Shown: piece by piece, positions 37,896 through 50,333 of the stretch | Layout: each line of letters begins with the position of its first letter | Position numbering within the stretch: the first letter of the stretch is position 1 | Assembly (NCBI GenBank): GCA_013239625.1 | Contig: MU053994.1 | Coordinates: 4,631,434 to 4,692,721 of the forward strand | Source of the DNA: Lama guanicoe | Taxonomy: Eukaryota | DNA: 61,288 nucleotides | Direction: 5' to 3' | Translations under genes and position numbers: made by a program | Notes under the pieces: generated by a model | What the model was told of the DNA's origin: nothing | Database searches by the model: none | The model's input: the letters and a program-made list of their open reading frames with translations, nothing else

Positions 37896-39802
37896 TGCCT
37901 GTTCACATCTACACACAAGCACATGCCATCCTTTCATTATTTCACGGCAATTCTCCTTCAGCTTGTCACTTTGTAACATACTTTTTATTCCCTCATTTCT
38001 ATCTAGACTTGCTCAAGTTGAGAAGTACAATAGAGATGACTCTGGATTCTATAGCATGTGGGCTCATCCTGCCATGAGACAGCTAAAGTTGAGTGACCAG
38101 AGCACAGGGAGAGATGCCAGGTCTCCCACATTGACCTTGGGCTGATTTAATCATCCATGTAAAGAGAGTTTAATTATGGGCATGCATACCTCACTTTCCT
38201 AAGTCCTTGTATGTGTGCCCTCTTTAAAAAAAGAAAAAAGAACCAAGAGTTCTCCTCTAGGACTTACAGAACAGATACTTTGGAGGTGGATAAAAACATT
38301 AAATCCTTTGTAAATGGTAATAAAGCTCTAAATCCAAGCCCCAAGTCCTAGAGTGACTTGTCTGAGGTCACACATTTAGAAGAGCTAGGTTCTATACTCA
38401 GATTTGCCTCCATCTAACTCCCCTTATAGTCTCCTGTGTGGACAGAGGAGGAGGTACATCATGCTTGCATTCAAAGGAAGGTTAGGCAGAAAAATTCTAA
38501 AACATAGTAATAATACTGAAGGTGGAAACCCCCATTTAGTTTCTGTTTAAAAAAAAGTGAGAATCAGCACTTGGGACGTCACATGAAGTAGGGAGTTACT
38601 GGTCATCGTTCATTCTCTCAGGGGCACCAAAAGTCAACCCAAGCCTTGATCATTTGGTCAGGCAGGATCTGGCTCCTCATCTGAATGTAAAACCTAAGGA
38701 CTTGGGCACCTGAACATATTTATAAACAAGACATCATGTTTCAGGAATTAAGCATATATTTCTGGTAAGATATTTTTCTGCCATGAATGCTGTTTCTTTT
38801 TATAATTAATCAGGTTCATTAGATTCCACTTACACGATTTAAAAAGAGACATATCTTCAACAAAACATCCATTTTATAATCACAACATGAAATAGGATAA
38901 TTCTTGTCCATGCCTCTGCTTGAAATTAGGAATTCATTCTTAGTTTATACTAGGGGGAAAAATCCCCTACCCAATGCAAAACAAAATTATATAAAAGCAG
39001 ACAGAGCTCTCTCCTCCCCCAATTCATTTGCAATTCTAATGTTCACTCATATATATTTTAGGCACTGATGTATGATGAAGCTGTTTATTTTCCAGAGTCA
39101 AATGTGCCATGATTTTTCTTTTCCCCTTCTCTCTTCTTCATTCTCTCAGGGGCACTTAAAATCAAACAGTCTGGTTCACCACCAACTTAACTCTCACATT
39201 TTCGCTGCAGTGATTGCAAGATCTTCCCAAACTTAAAATTTACAGCAAGGCACTTCTCACCGTTTTCTCCAGATTTAATAGTGTTAAGATATTAACAAGT
39301 ACAATGAATACAATGATTATATTGATGAGCTCTCATTTGTATGAAGTATAACAAAAAGGATAAGTTAAGTCCAGTTAGTCTTGGAAAATCCCAACTCTCA
39401 ATTTGAATAAATAAGATCTATTAATGCAGGGCTGGTTATTATGGGTAATATGTTGTTTAAAGACTGCTTTCCTAGAAAATATATAATTGAAGATGCTAAG
39501 ATTGTCGGACACGCAAAATCCATCAAGGAAATGTCTGCAGTACTAAATGTTCATAGGTGCCTTAGAGTACGCTAATTATATAGGAAACACTGTGGCCTTG
39601 TATTGAAAGCAACTTGCCAAGTCATTTCAAAGTGGTAGAGCTAATGCTGTTTTGTCTGAAGAAAGAATATCGGAAAATGATTCTCTAACTCTTTTTTTTT
39701 TGTTTTGTTATTAGTGAATGGGTCCCCTGCCTCCCTTGGAACCAGAGGCAGTAGAAATACAACCCAAGTTGTACCTTCTTGTCTAGCATTAAGGAAGAGA
39801 AA

Positions 39803-39828
39803 AACAAACAAACAAACAAACAAACAAA
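39803..39828. repeat. (AAAC)n microsatellite
   Basis: Directly visible. Confidence 0.95.
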
Positions 39829-40711
39829 TGTATATCACAGGGGCGCTCATCACTGCAATCTCTACAGAGTACACCAGACTCGTGCACAGAATGAGCCTTT
39901 CATGAGACTGACTAATATACCCGATATTCTTAAAACGTTACAGTAAATTTGTATTATGTTTATAGATGTGAAAATTGAAAAACTTTGTTCACCTAGACAA
40001 GTAAATAGAAATTGTTTTATGATAGTAAAGCCATCCCATTCCAAGTTATGTGCTAAAAGTCAAATAGTAGTTATATCACAAGAAAGCATGTTTAATGATG
40101 TATCATTTGATAACTTGATGAGGTCCTCCTCCAAATCACTTGAAAAGAAGGAACTGTAAAGCATACAGTTGACAAATAGATTTGTTATCCAGTCAATTCA
40201 GTCATTCACTATCTCTTTTTCTGAGACATACATAAACAAAACTTTACTAAAATTTGTAAAATGGCAATTTATTATTTCTGTTACTCTTTCACTTAGAAGC
40301 AACTTGTGTAATATCATATACACAAAAAGGGTTGTGAAAATTGAAATGTTAGGTTTTTATATACTGTTTTCTATTATTATGTAAATTAAATTAAATGCTG
40401 TTTTCACCAAAACCTAGGGGCTGAAAACAGATGCTAAGACATTGGTGAATAAAATATTGAATCCTCTGTCTCATTATTAGGAATGTTTAAAATACAGAAG
40501 TGATGGGCGTTGTAAAAGACTGGTGTTTCCCATTATGCTTTGATTTTTTTTTTAATTTTCATATTCTTAGAAAGACAAAGTATGAAGACTTATTATGAAT
40601 TGTCAAGTAGATGAGTAAGGTGTGTCATCTTCATTTTTTTCCATATTTTTCTTGTGAAGTCCTGGCAGAACAATGGTCCTGTTCCCTATGGAGGCAAACT
40701 CAATAATGCAC

Positions 40712-41165
40712 CGTTAGGTTTTGGTCTTGTCCCCAGAAACAGGCTGTGAGACAAAGTTCCAAGTGTGAGTGATTTCTTAAGAAAATGAGTGTTCCCAGGA
40801 GAAAGCAGTCAGGGAGTAAGGAAAGCACAGCAGAGCTGGGGAAGAAACACACCAAGGGTGAGATTTCAGGTAAATCTCAGCCTTGGGGAATTCTGGAATG
40901 TAAATTACACCACGGATTTTCCCACCTCAAGGAAGGGAGCTGGGCTTTAACCCTCCTCTACCAGTCAGCCACTGGCTATGGGCCACCGTGGGGCATGGGG
41001 GGCTGGAGGGACATAAACTCCCAGACACTCCTGGCTCTCGATGTCGCCTGATAAGGCATAATAGTCCAAGGGTACTTCTATAACGAAGGTCGCAGGTATG
41101 AGTCATTAAGAGCAAAACACACAGAAGCTGGGGTTTGGACAGAGTCAGTATAGGGGAGCTAGGCC
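40712..41165 (-). mobile_element. ERVL LTR (LTR16E-like)
   Basis: Homologous to 3289-3789: gagatttcagg; tgtaaattacacc; gggagctgggcttt; acataaactcccag. Confidence 0.75.
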
Positions 41166-41194
41166 ATAGCAGTGACATCATCTATTACATCTTA

Positions 41195-41325
41195 AATCAG
41201 CTTATTCTCCTTTCTGGCTTCACTCTCCCCATGCCTTCAATCCTGCTTCCTGAAGTCACCTTCCAAATAAACTATTTGCACCAAAGGCCTTGTCTTAGGT
41301 TCTGCTCTCAAGGTCACACTAATGA
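41195..41325 (+). mobile_element. ERVL LTR33-like 3' fragment
   Basis: tcaccttccaaataaactatttgcacc...ccttgtcttagg. Confidence 0.6.
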
Positions 41326-41804
41326 GTTCCTCTTCCTCTTAGGAGGGACAACTTTCAGGCTCTTCCCCAAAATAAGACTTCCTCCACACCTAGGCATGTT
41401 TGGAGCAGAGCTTCTCTCTTCAGAGTTGGTTTTATTTACTGAGTACCAGCTAACCATTTACCTCACTACATACAGAGTAAGCAACTGTTCTGTACAATTA
41501 GTTTTACACATCAGTGCTGTTTCCACTGGCAGGAATCTCCCCAGTAAGAGAGAACTCGAAGTTTCCCAATCAAGCTTGCTATAATTTGCTGTATTTATTT
41601 TTGGTAATTCTACATCAGTGCCATGTGCTGTAGCCCAAGTAATGGAAGCAGAAAAAAAAAATGTGTCTTATAAAAACTGGCCAATCTTTCCGACTATACT
41701 CCTTGGATGCACCATTATGCCACTCCAACTTTCCCCGCTTCAGTCCTTCCTTTCTTGTCCTACTCTCAAAACCTAGGCCTTGAGTTGAGATGTCTCTCAT
41801 CACT

Positions 41805-42052
41805 TGAAGAGACAAGTGACAGACTTAAGAAAATATTTGCAAAACACATATCTGATAAAAGACTTGTACTCAAAAATTCAACAGTAAGAAGACAAACTAT
41901 CCGATTTTTGAAAAATGGGCGGAAGATTTGAACAGACACTTCACCAAAAAGATACAGATGGCAAATACATGCATAAGAAGATGTTCAACATCATTAGTCA
42001 TTGGGGAAATGCAAATTAAAACCACAATGAGACATGCACTCTCTAGAATAGC
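41805..42052 (+). mobile_element. L1 ORF2 C-terminal fragment
   Basis: Translations [12 protein letters not shown] and [12 protein letters not shown]...[17 protein letters not shown]. Confidence 0.9.
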
Positions 42053-42059
42053 TAGAGAT

Positions 42060-42239
42060 TCTAACCATTTGTTTGAATTCCTTGTTGAGGGTACAGTGCA
42101 GCCCAGCTTCTCCCTCTGCCCAATCGTAATTCCCTCCCTTCCTCCGTAAGTGTTGACACCAAGGGTATTTCCTGAGAAACCTTCTGCAGACTTATCTTCC
42201 CCTTCAAATCTGCCTCTCAGGAAAACCCAACCTGTGACA
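42060..42239 (+). mobile_element. LTR16C-like 3' fragment
   Basis: cttctccctctgcccaatc...aacccaacctgtgaca. Confidence 0.75.
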
Positions 42240-42547
42240 CTTCTCCTGTCTAGTTTCCTCTTTTAAAGCCCTTGGGATTTTTGCTCAGCATTATATGGGA
42301 GAATCTCCTATATGAGAGAGTCAAGGAGAAACTGATCCCCCCCACCTTGCTTTTAAAATAAGATCTAAGTCTCTGAGGAGCTAAGAAATGTTCCTTCAGG
42401 GAGTAAAGACAAAGTGCCATCCAAAGGAATTCTGAGTTAGCCTCTGGTCAGCAAGGCTCTCACAAGCACTTAGAATTTAACTCCACTCAGATGTATAGTT
42501 GCATGCCCAAACTCTTCTTCTGACCATCTGGACTGCTCTGTGGAAGA

Positions 42548-43498
42548 GACTGGGCCCACTGGGGAGCAGACTGTAAGATGAATATTTGTGTGCAGGAAGT
42601 TTACTAGGGAGTGCTTTTAGGATTGACACCTGTCAGGAAGTGAGAGCAGCAGGATTGGGCACAAAGAGAAACTGGACCGTGACGAAACCACAACAAAGAT
42701 ATGGTAGGCAGAATAATGACAACTCCCCAAAGATAGCCATGTCCTAATCCCTGTAACCTGTGAATATGTTCCTTAGATGCCAAAGGGACTCTGCCTCTAA
42801 GTTAAGGATCCTGAGATGGAGAGAGTAGCCTCAACTAGCCAGGTGGGCCCAATATAATCACAAGGGTCCTTATAAGGAATAGAAGGGGGCAGGAGGGTCA
42901 GACTCAGAAAGAGAAGAAGTAAGGATGGAAGCAGAGGACAGACAGGAGAGAAGATGCTATGCTGCTGGCTTTGGAGAATAAAGAAGTGGTCATGAGCTAA
43001 AGAATATGGGTGGCTTCTGGAAGGTGGAAGAGGCAAGGGAATGGATTCCCCCTAAGATCCTCCAGAAGTAATGCAGCTCTGCTGACACCTTAATTTTATC
43101 CCAATGAGATCCATTTCAGACTTCTGACCTTCAAGACTGTAAGATAACAAATCTGTGTTATTTGAAACCCAGAAGTCTATAGTAATTTGTTATAGCCAGT
43201 GATAGGAAACTTATACAAATGGCCTCAGCCAATTCCATGGGGAGCTCTGAAGCCAGGATGGCCTTTCAGACTTGTCCCAAGGTAAGTTGATGGACTGGTC
43301 ATTTATACCCCCAAATAGACCATCCACTGGAAGCAGGCTGCTCCCTAGAAAAAGGCATGACCTTGAGCAAAGCAGTTTTTTCAACCAAGGGCAATTCCCA
43401 GAGAGGGCTGATAGCACTCCCAGAGGTTGAAGCAATCAGTGCTTAAGTCCTGGAAGGATGAGGAGATGGATCTGGGCGGCATACTCTGAACCATGATA
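42548..43498 (-). mobile_element. LTR16C-like LTR split by MLT1D
   Basis: tgcaggaagtttactagggagtgc; gcaggattgggca | ggcctcagccaattccatggggagctctg; gggcaattcc; gatctgggcggca. Confidence 0.8.
42700..43217 (+). mobile_element. MaLR solo LTR (MLT1D-like)
   Basis: tatggtaggcagaataatg...aacctgtgaatatgtt...gacttctgacct...ggaaacttataca. Confidence 0.9.
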
Positions 43499-44259
43499 CT
43501 CTAAAAATCTATGTATTTTCCCCATCCTCACCTCCAACCCTTGCAGTATTGTAGTCCCAGGAGGGAAAACAAATTCAGTTAGATGTGCTATTACCAAGCA
43601 AATTAAACTCTTTTATCCTACTCTCACTTCAGCATTCTTGAGCTTACTGGCATTTTTGGGGGTTGGGGAGAGGGAGCGGCTACATTTACGTTCTGTATGC
43701 CTCAGTTCCCTTGGGTCTCTAAAGTTAAGAAAAGCTTCAGAGAGCAGATTTTCCCGGAAACTACTCAAGGAGGAAGATCAATACAATTATTCTGAAACAT
43801 GTTAAAAAAGTGAAAAAGAGATACTGTTTAGCTGAGGACTCTAGAGGGAAAATTAGGGATTCATTTTAAGAAACACATTTCTAAAGGTTAGGTCTTTGAA
43901 GAACACACCAAATGATGCAATTCCAATTTCACACGTGTTGTCAATGTCATTTGTTGAAACAGTATGAGAAACTATTAAATGAATGTTTAAATGGGGGTAA
44001 AGAGTGAATTTGTTTTTAACACAGCAAGAGTTACATTTTTGGCTACTCTGCATTTTGCTGCTACAATCTGTTATTGCTTGAGTCTCTTAGAACATAAAAA
44101 TATAACTATTCCTTTGCATACACTACTTGCTAATATAGATACTCAAATCCTGTATGGAGTGTGAAACATTCCAATTTTCACATGTTCAGACTTTAATTAC
44201 CCCGTGTTGCAACTAATTCAATAGTCTCACTCGTTTGTCCTTCTGCTACGAGTCACCAC

Positions 44260-44680
44260 TTCAATCCACTCAGAACACTGTAGCCAGATTAATCTTTCTG
44301 AACATCTTCGATTACACCAGGCTTCTATTCAAACCTGTTTAGCATCTTCTCAATGTCAGACTAGTTATAAAGTCTTCTCCATCTTATTCAAAGCCCTTTA
44401 TATGTTGCCCACAAAATGACTTCCCAGATTTCCCTCTAGCCATCCCCACCATACCTATCCCATGATCCCAGCCAAACTGTAATGATTCTTATTCTCTGAA
44501 AATTTTGTACTGGCCTGCTTTGGTTACTGCTCTTCCTTCAACTAGGAATACTTTATCCACTCTTGGTAGTTTAAATCTTATCCATCTGAAAAAGCAAATG
44601 TTACAAACCACTACATAAAGCCTTTGCTGATTCAACCAAACAGATGTGATCTCTCCCAATTCCAATTCTCCATAAGACTT
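44260..44680 (+). mobile_element. L2 LINE fragment
   Basis: actgtagccagattaatctttct; attcaaagccct; ccagccaaactg. Confidence 0.65.
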
Positions 44681-45279
44681 CTGTCCTAGGAAGAAATTAT
44701 TTTGATTGCAGGTAATGGACACTTACTCAAACGGTTTACAGAAAAGGGGAATTTATTTGAAATATAAGGCAGTATCATAAAACCTAAAGTCCCAAATGGC
44801 AGCCACAGCTCATAAGATTCAGGAGAAAAACTAACCCAGAAAAGCAAAACAGATTGTTAAGAAAAAGATGAAATTAGTTCTTAGAAACTGAAAACATGAT
44901 TTATAGCAATAAAAATAAATGAGTTGAATAGCAGAATAGGCATAGTTGAAGAAATTATCTGAGAAAATCACTCCTCCATCTTCCAGGATACTAACTGGTT
45001 CAGCAAAAAGATGTTGGAAGAGCAAAGACAGAAAATGAAAGTAAATTAAGGTGGGGTCGGTTACAAATATTGAAATTTTAGATGTTGACGGAAAAACATT
45101 AATTCATAATCAAAAAATTTTCAGCTTAATAGCAAGCACTAGCATTAGTGCTTAGGATATAAGATGAATAGCTTCCAAACTATTAGAGGTAGGGTGGAGC
45201 AAAGGGCGGAGGGAGCAAGGAGGGCAGGAATCTCCTTTGCTTACTTCCTTTAAGTTTTGCCAAAACATTAGATGACAAG

Positions 45280-45480
45280 GGACTTTATTTTTGTTTTAAT
45301 TTCAATTGTTGCTTTACCAGTAAGGTTACTCATCTTTTCACATGCTTATTGGGTTATTCATATTTCTTCTGTAAGTTGCGTATATATATACTTTGCCCAT
45401 ACATCTGTTGGATTTTTTGTCTGTTTTATTGACTCAAAGTAGTCTTTATACATTATGAGTATTAAAACTTTGTCTGATAG
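45280..45480 (-). mobile_element. Old L1 fragment
   Basis: catcttttcacatgcttattgg...ctttgcccat. Confidence 0.6.
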
Positions 45481-45739
45481 ACTGAGAGGAAACAAAGTAC
45501 ACTTGTATATTTCTTGTCTTTAAGTTTTCTTATTTTTTTGCCATAACGCATTCTTATCTAGAAGAAATGTGCTAGAAGAAATCATAGGTGAAGGCTATCA
45601 TAATATTAGAGCTGGAAAGTCATTTTTTTTTCTTCCTTTATGATTTCTTAAAGAAAAAATACACAGGAAAATATTGACAAATCTAACAACATAATAATTT
45701 TAAAATTCTACATGGAAAACAATGAAGCTGACATCATAG

Positions 45740-45972
45740 TATGATGCTCACCATATGCCAGGCACAATTCCAATTTCTTTGTATAGATTAACTCATTCAG
45801 TTGGCACAACTATTTCATCAGATATAATCATCTTCATTTGACAAATGAGGAAACTGAGGCACAGAGAGATTATGGACTTGCCCAAGGCCACAGAGCAGGT
45901 AAATGGCAAAAAGAGGATTTGAATCGAGGCAGTCTAGTTCTGGGGTCCATGCTGTAAAGCTCTGTGCTATAA
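45740..45972 (-). mobile_element. MIR SINE
   Basis: atgaggaaactgaggcacagagag...acttgcccaaggccacag...ggatttgaa. Confidence 0.9.
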
Positions 45973-46644
45973 TTCTATCTCTCAGACAAACTCTGCAGAA
46001 AAATAACTTTCCACAGCATAAGGAAGTTGGACGTGGCCATTTTTTCACTGTCACCTAGGTACTGACCCTGTTTTCTTCCCTATGATGATGTTGTCTTGGG
46101 GATGCTAAACTTGGGTCAAGAACCAGGAGAGTCCAATGTCTATGAAAATTGCCATAAACTGAACTGCAGAGAATCGTGGTGTATGTTCTTCCAGAATATT
46201 TATGTAAACACACTACAAAAGGTTTGTAGCATAGCAACAAATGAGCTGTTTTGTCAATTCCATACCCTATCAGGGCATCCAGCTGCCTCTGATAGTCTTT
46301 GTGTAAGTTCAAACCAAGATATGCTGCATCTGTCACTTCTCTGTGAAGTAGTACACTTCCATGAAGGTTTGAATCCTAGATCTACACATTGGGCCTTATA
46401 GCAGTGAGTGAGTGAGTGTGTGTGTGTGTGTGTCTGTGTGTAAATGTGACAGACCAGAAAAAGTGATTTAAAAAAGAAGCAAAAAAGATGTTAAACATAC
46501 CTTAATTCACACAATCAGAACAACCCTATATCCCCTGGTCTATGTAAAAAAAAAAAAAACAACTAACAACAACAACAAAAAAAACAAGTCCCATTGTGGA
46601 TCATAAACCTACATTTAATGGAATAAATAATAAGTGTCATATCC

Positions 46645-46710
46645 TGTGTCAGTCATGGTCCCAGCAGGAAACAGATGGTACATTCAAATTAGGATAATTT
46701 AAAGAGGGAC
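46645..46710 (-). mobile_element. LTR40/41-like 3' end fragment
   Basis: tgtgtcagtcatggtcccagcaggaaacagatgg is the reverse complement of the end of 28851-29343. Confidence 0.6.
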
Positions 46711-46711
46711 T

Positions 46712-46995
46712 GTTACAGGTAATATCCCCCGAGAGGCAGACTGAAATGGAGATTAGCAAACAGGAAGTTTATTGTGAAATGTTCTGAGAATTAAAACTTG
46801 AGGAAGAAAAGGAAGCAAAATTGGGCACAGGGAGAAGTTGAACTATGATGCCATCTCAACTAAGGTCTCGGTAGACTCTAATGGGAGCCCTGAAGCTGGG
46901 ACAGTCCAGCAGAGTTGTCAAAAGTTTAGGAGAGGAGGCCAGGCCAGTATGCCCTCTGCGTTGGCCAGTCATTGGCTACTGGCTGCCCGTGGGAG
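46712..46995 (-). mobile_element. LTR16C-like LTR, 5'-truncated
   Basis: ggagattagc; gggcacagggagaagttgaact; ccagtcattgg. Confidence 0.75.
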
Positions 46996-47441
46996 CCAGC
47001 CCAGAAAACAGTCTGCTGTCTGTATGTCAGAGTTGTAGAAAGTCAGATTGCTATTTGCAGCGACAATCCCAGAAGCCAAAGAATAACTCCTGTAATAATC
47101 GGCCCCAAATGGCTAAGACTTGACTGGTAACTGACAGCTTCCATAATTTTTGTCCCCACCTCCAACTTAGGACCAACGAGGGAAAGACTAATATGCTCCT
47201 CAAACCAATCACATAGCATGTCTGCTTCTAGGTAGCCTACCTGCAGCTCCCCCGTGCCAACAGCCTGCAATCAGAGCATCCCTGAAGCCTTCCTCTTCTT
47301 CCATTATAAAGCTTTCCCATTCGTCTGCCTGCCTTTGAGTCTCTGCCAAGTCACAAATGATGGTGGCCAACTCCCCTGCTACAGCAGGCTTTGAATAAAT
47401 AGCCTTTGTTCTCACGCGGGTGGTCTTCATTTATTTCCACA
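46995..47441 (+). mobile_element. ERV1 LTR (MER89/MER90-like), 5'-truncated
   Basis: ccaacttaggaccaac; aaccaatcacatag; TATA-like tataaag; aataaa; ends tttatttccaca. Confidence 0.75.
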
Positions 47442-48835
47442 CAACAAAGCCTCCACTGAGAAGATGATCTCAGTTAGGACAGTTTGCCTCATCCTGAGGC
47501 ATCTGGACCCAAACCTAGAGTTTATGAAAGTCATCCAAGAATTTTGTTTGCTTTACAGCATAAGTATTTGGAATAAAAATACACCAACTTGCTTTTAAGA
47601 CACATCTAGGTGAACAGCAGGTCTAGAAAAAAAGAGCAAGTCTGAGTCTGAGTACGCCAAAAAGATTTAAGGAAGATCTTCCAATATACAGTAGAAAACA
47701 GTCTTCAATTTGAGCAGTCCAATTGACAAGCTACACTCAGTTACTCCAGATGTTTCACATGAGCACATGCCCTGGGGTAAGGTACTTGGCAAATGTTCCA
47801 AATCTGGTATGAATAGGCACCTTTGAGAGGAATGAGCTTCAGGGAAAAATAAGTTCCATTCTGAAGTACAAAGGGGACACTTGCTGTGTTCTCTCCTTCC
47901 CACCATGAATCACCACGCCCATGGAAACCAAACTGGGCAGCTTCTGCCTGAACAATGAGCTCTTGTTAAGATCTCCTTGTTGGTCCAGCGCATCCCTACA
48001 TAAGAGCTTAACTTTCATACCACACACTAGCTTATTAACCCAAATAAATGATTCACACTGGACACTTCCAGAATTATAGTAGACCAGTGAAAATGGAGAG
48101 GGAGAGGAGAAGGGGGAAATTATACCATCAATTAATTTAGTAGGCAGTTAACGATATCACCCCAAGCTAGGGCTCACTGAGACTAACTCAGGAGCCCTGA
48201 TTAACACCTCAGCAGTCCTTAGTTTACCATATTAGCTGAATTTAGAGCTAAGCCCCTAGAGAAGGGACTTCAGATGGATTCAGCTTAAAGAAAGGGGTTT
48301 CTGGAAGGCTTGGGGTTATGACAAAAAAAACTGATAATGGTACATGTAGCATATGTGGGAAGCTGGGCGGAGAAAACAGTGATTGGAGAGAAAAATAAGG
48401 GACTATGAGGAAATCGAGCCTTGCCTATGGCTGACCCTGACCCTGACCCTGAGCCTAACTAGCTCACGAGCCAGTTGTAAGTGCAAGTCTGTAAGACATA
48501 GGCATGTTATGATGAAATGCCTGCAGTGAGAGTAGGAAGAGCGGCCAGTAGAGACTACTTAGTAAACCAGCATTCCTGATCTGCCCTGCCCAGCACAACC
48601 AACCCCTCGTAAGCACCACGCAAGCCCTCGCACTGCCAGCCCACTCTCACCCCCATGGTAGAGGAAAGCTCTTCAGCAAGGCTGGGCCTTGTTCCCCATG
48701 GCTACTTGATTGCCCACCTCGCTTCTGTTGGGGGGCTGGCTGATGAAGGCTCTCCCATTCCTCAGGGGTCCCCAGAGAATATGTATGTCCCCCAGCTATG
48801 TGGTTGGAAGCCTGCTCCCCTACCTAAGAGAGGTA

Positions 48836-49585
48836 AAGAGCATTTGTAAAATGCTTACCATAAACATTCCTTGTAACAACCCTATCACTTTCTCACTCTT
48901 TACACTGGAGGGAATCAGAATATGCCACCCCAAAACATACCACTTTGGCGTAAGGATTATTTTGAGATGAAAGCAATTAGGAGACAGCAGACATAGAGGA
49001 ACTCTACCCTCCCCCTTCTGCCTAAAAGCAGGGCATAAACTTCTCTTTGTGAAGGTGTCCTCTTTCTCCTGCACCAAAAAGAGAATTGCTCTTAATCGCA
49101 CGGGAGATGACACCAACTTGAGTCCACACAACAGACCTTACTAAGTAATTCTTATCTTCTGTTAGTTTCCCCCATATATTTGCCTTCCCACAATTTAAAG
49201 CCTCTAGAAGTCCAAACCCCTTTTCCTTGGTCTAGGCACTTCTGGTCAATCTATTGCCCTTTGTTGAAATGGCATATAAACTCTCAAGCCTAGCCACTTC
49301 TAGGCATGGATTTTTTTGCTTCTTTTCTGTGACGCTCCTTTATGCACGCATAATAAATCTTTTCTCCTGTTAATCTGTCTTTTGTCAGCTTAATTCACAG
49401 GTCCCAGACACTGAACCTAAGAGGGGGAGAGCAAAGGTTTTTCTTCTCCTACAATGCTAACCACACTTTACAGGTGAGAAATTGACTCACAGAGAGACTG
49501 AGGGCAAAACAGCTGGTAGCTAGTGCCAGGATTTGGAACCAGGAGTCTAATTCCAGTCCCTATGCTCTTTCTTAAGTACTCCACT
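48836..49585 (-). mobile_element. MIR split by MER34A
   Basis: acaaccctat | tttacaggtgagaaattgactcacagag...ggatttggaaccagg. Confidence 0.7.
48906..49453 (+). mobile_element. ERV1 solo LTR (MER34A1-like)
   Basis: tg...atcagaatatgccaccccaaaa...taaggattattttgag; tataaa; aataaa; ends cctaca. Confidence 0.9.
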
Positions 49586-50226
49586 ACAACTCCAGTTTAG
49601 AAAAACAGTACTCTCCCACACAGCCCACATTCACACAGGGGTCACACCGTATTCAAAATATATTTTGAGTCTCTATATACTAAAATCATACTCAGGCAAG
49701 AAAAGTTGCAAAGAGTATGAGACGGAAGCCTAGAATCTGCTAACCCCTTAGGAAGTCTCAATATGGGGCACACGCCCATTGAGTGAGGGATGGGCAGAAT
49801 CTCTTCAAGAGTTTAAATCCCTCCTCTGTCTCTCTTTTCTGTACACATACAGGAAAATTCATGTATGTTAAATGGTGCATCAAAGCCAGGCCACTGTGTA
49901 TAAAGCAAGGCAAGGTATGTGGATTTCCAAAAGGACTCTGAAATGTAATGAAAAAGAGAATGGATGATAAGGACCTAAGGCTTGTACACTGGTCAGCTTA
50001 TCTATCCATGTGTTGCTTCTAGTCAAATTGTGATTATAAAATGTGATCTCTGATGGTCAGCTGAAGGCAGCTCCGAAGCCTCAGGCAATGGGAAAAGTGC
50101 TGGGCTGTGCTTCTAGCAAGCTCAGGAGGACAAAGCACAGACAGAAGGGTGGAGGGAAGAGGGAGCGCCTCAGTGAGGGTTCCTCCCAGCAAGGATGCTG
50201 TGGGAAGGCCAAGCTTGAGTGTTTCT

Positions 50227-50333
50227 TTTTTTCCCCCCTTTTTAAAAAAAAATCTTAATGGACACATTGGGGATTGAACCCGGGACCTTGTGCTTGCTAA
50301 GCATGTGCTCTACCACTGAGCTATACCCTCCCC
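50227..50333 (-). mobile_element. tRNA-derived SINE, camelid Vic-1-like
   Basis: Minus strand ggggagggtatagctcagtggtagagcacatgcttagcaagcacaaggtcccgggttcaatcccc (A and B boxes) plus A-rich tail; degenerate TSD 50209-50226 / 50335-50352 (14/18 identical). Confidence 0.9.

Noticed and set aside
38622..38764. Coding exon between acceptor-like and donor-like sites
   Set aside because: Stop codons in all three frames.
10313..49453. Two same-strand MER34A LTRs as the ends of one provirus
   Set aside because: They are 38 kb apart, there is no ERV1 internal sequence, they have structural indels between them, and their flanks do not share a TSD.
50262..50333. tRNA-Ala-like gene (also ~53539-53615)
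   Set aside because: A-rich tail, TSDs and an imperfect cloverleaf indicate a SINE.
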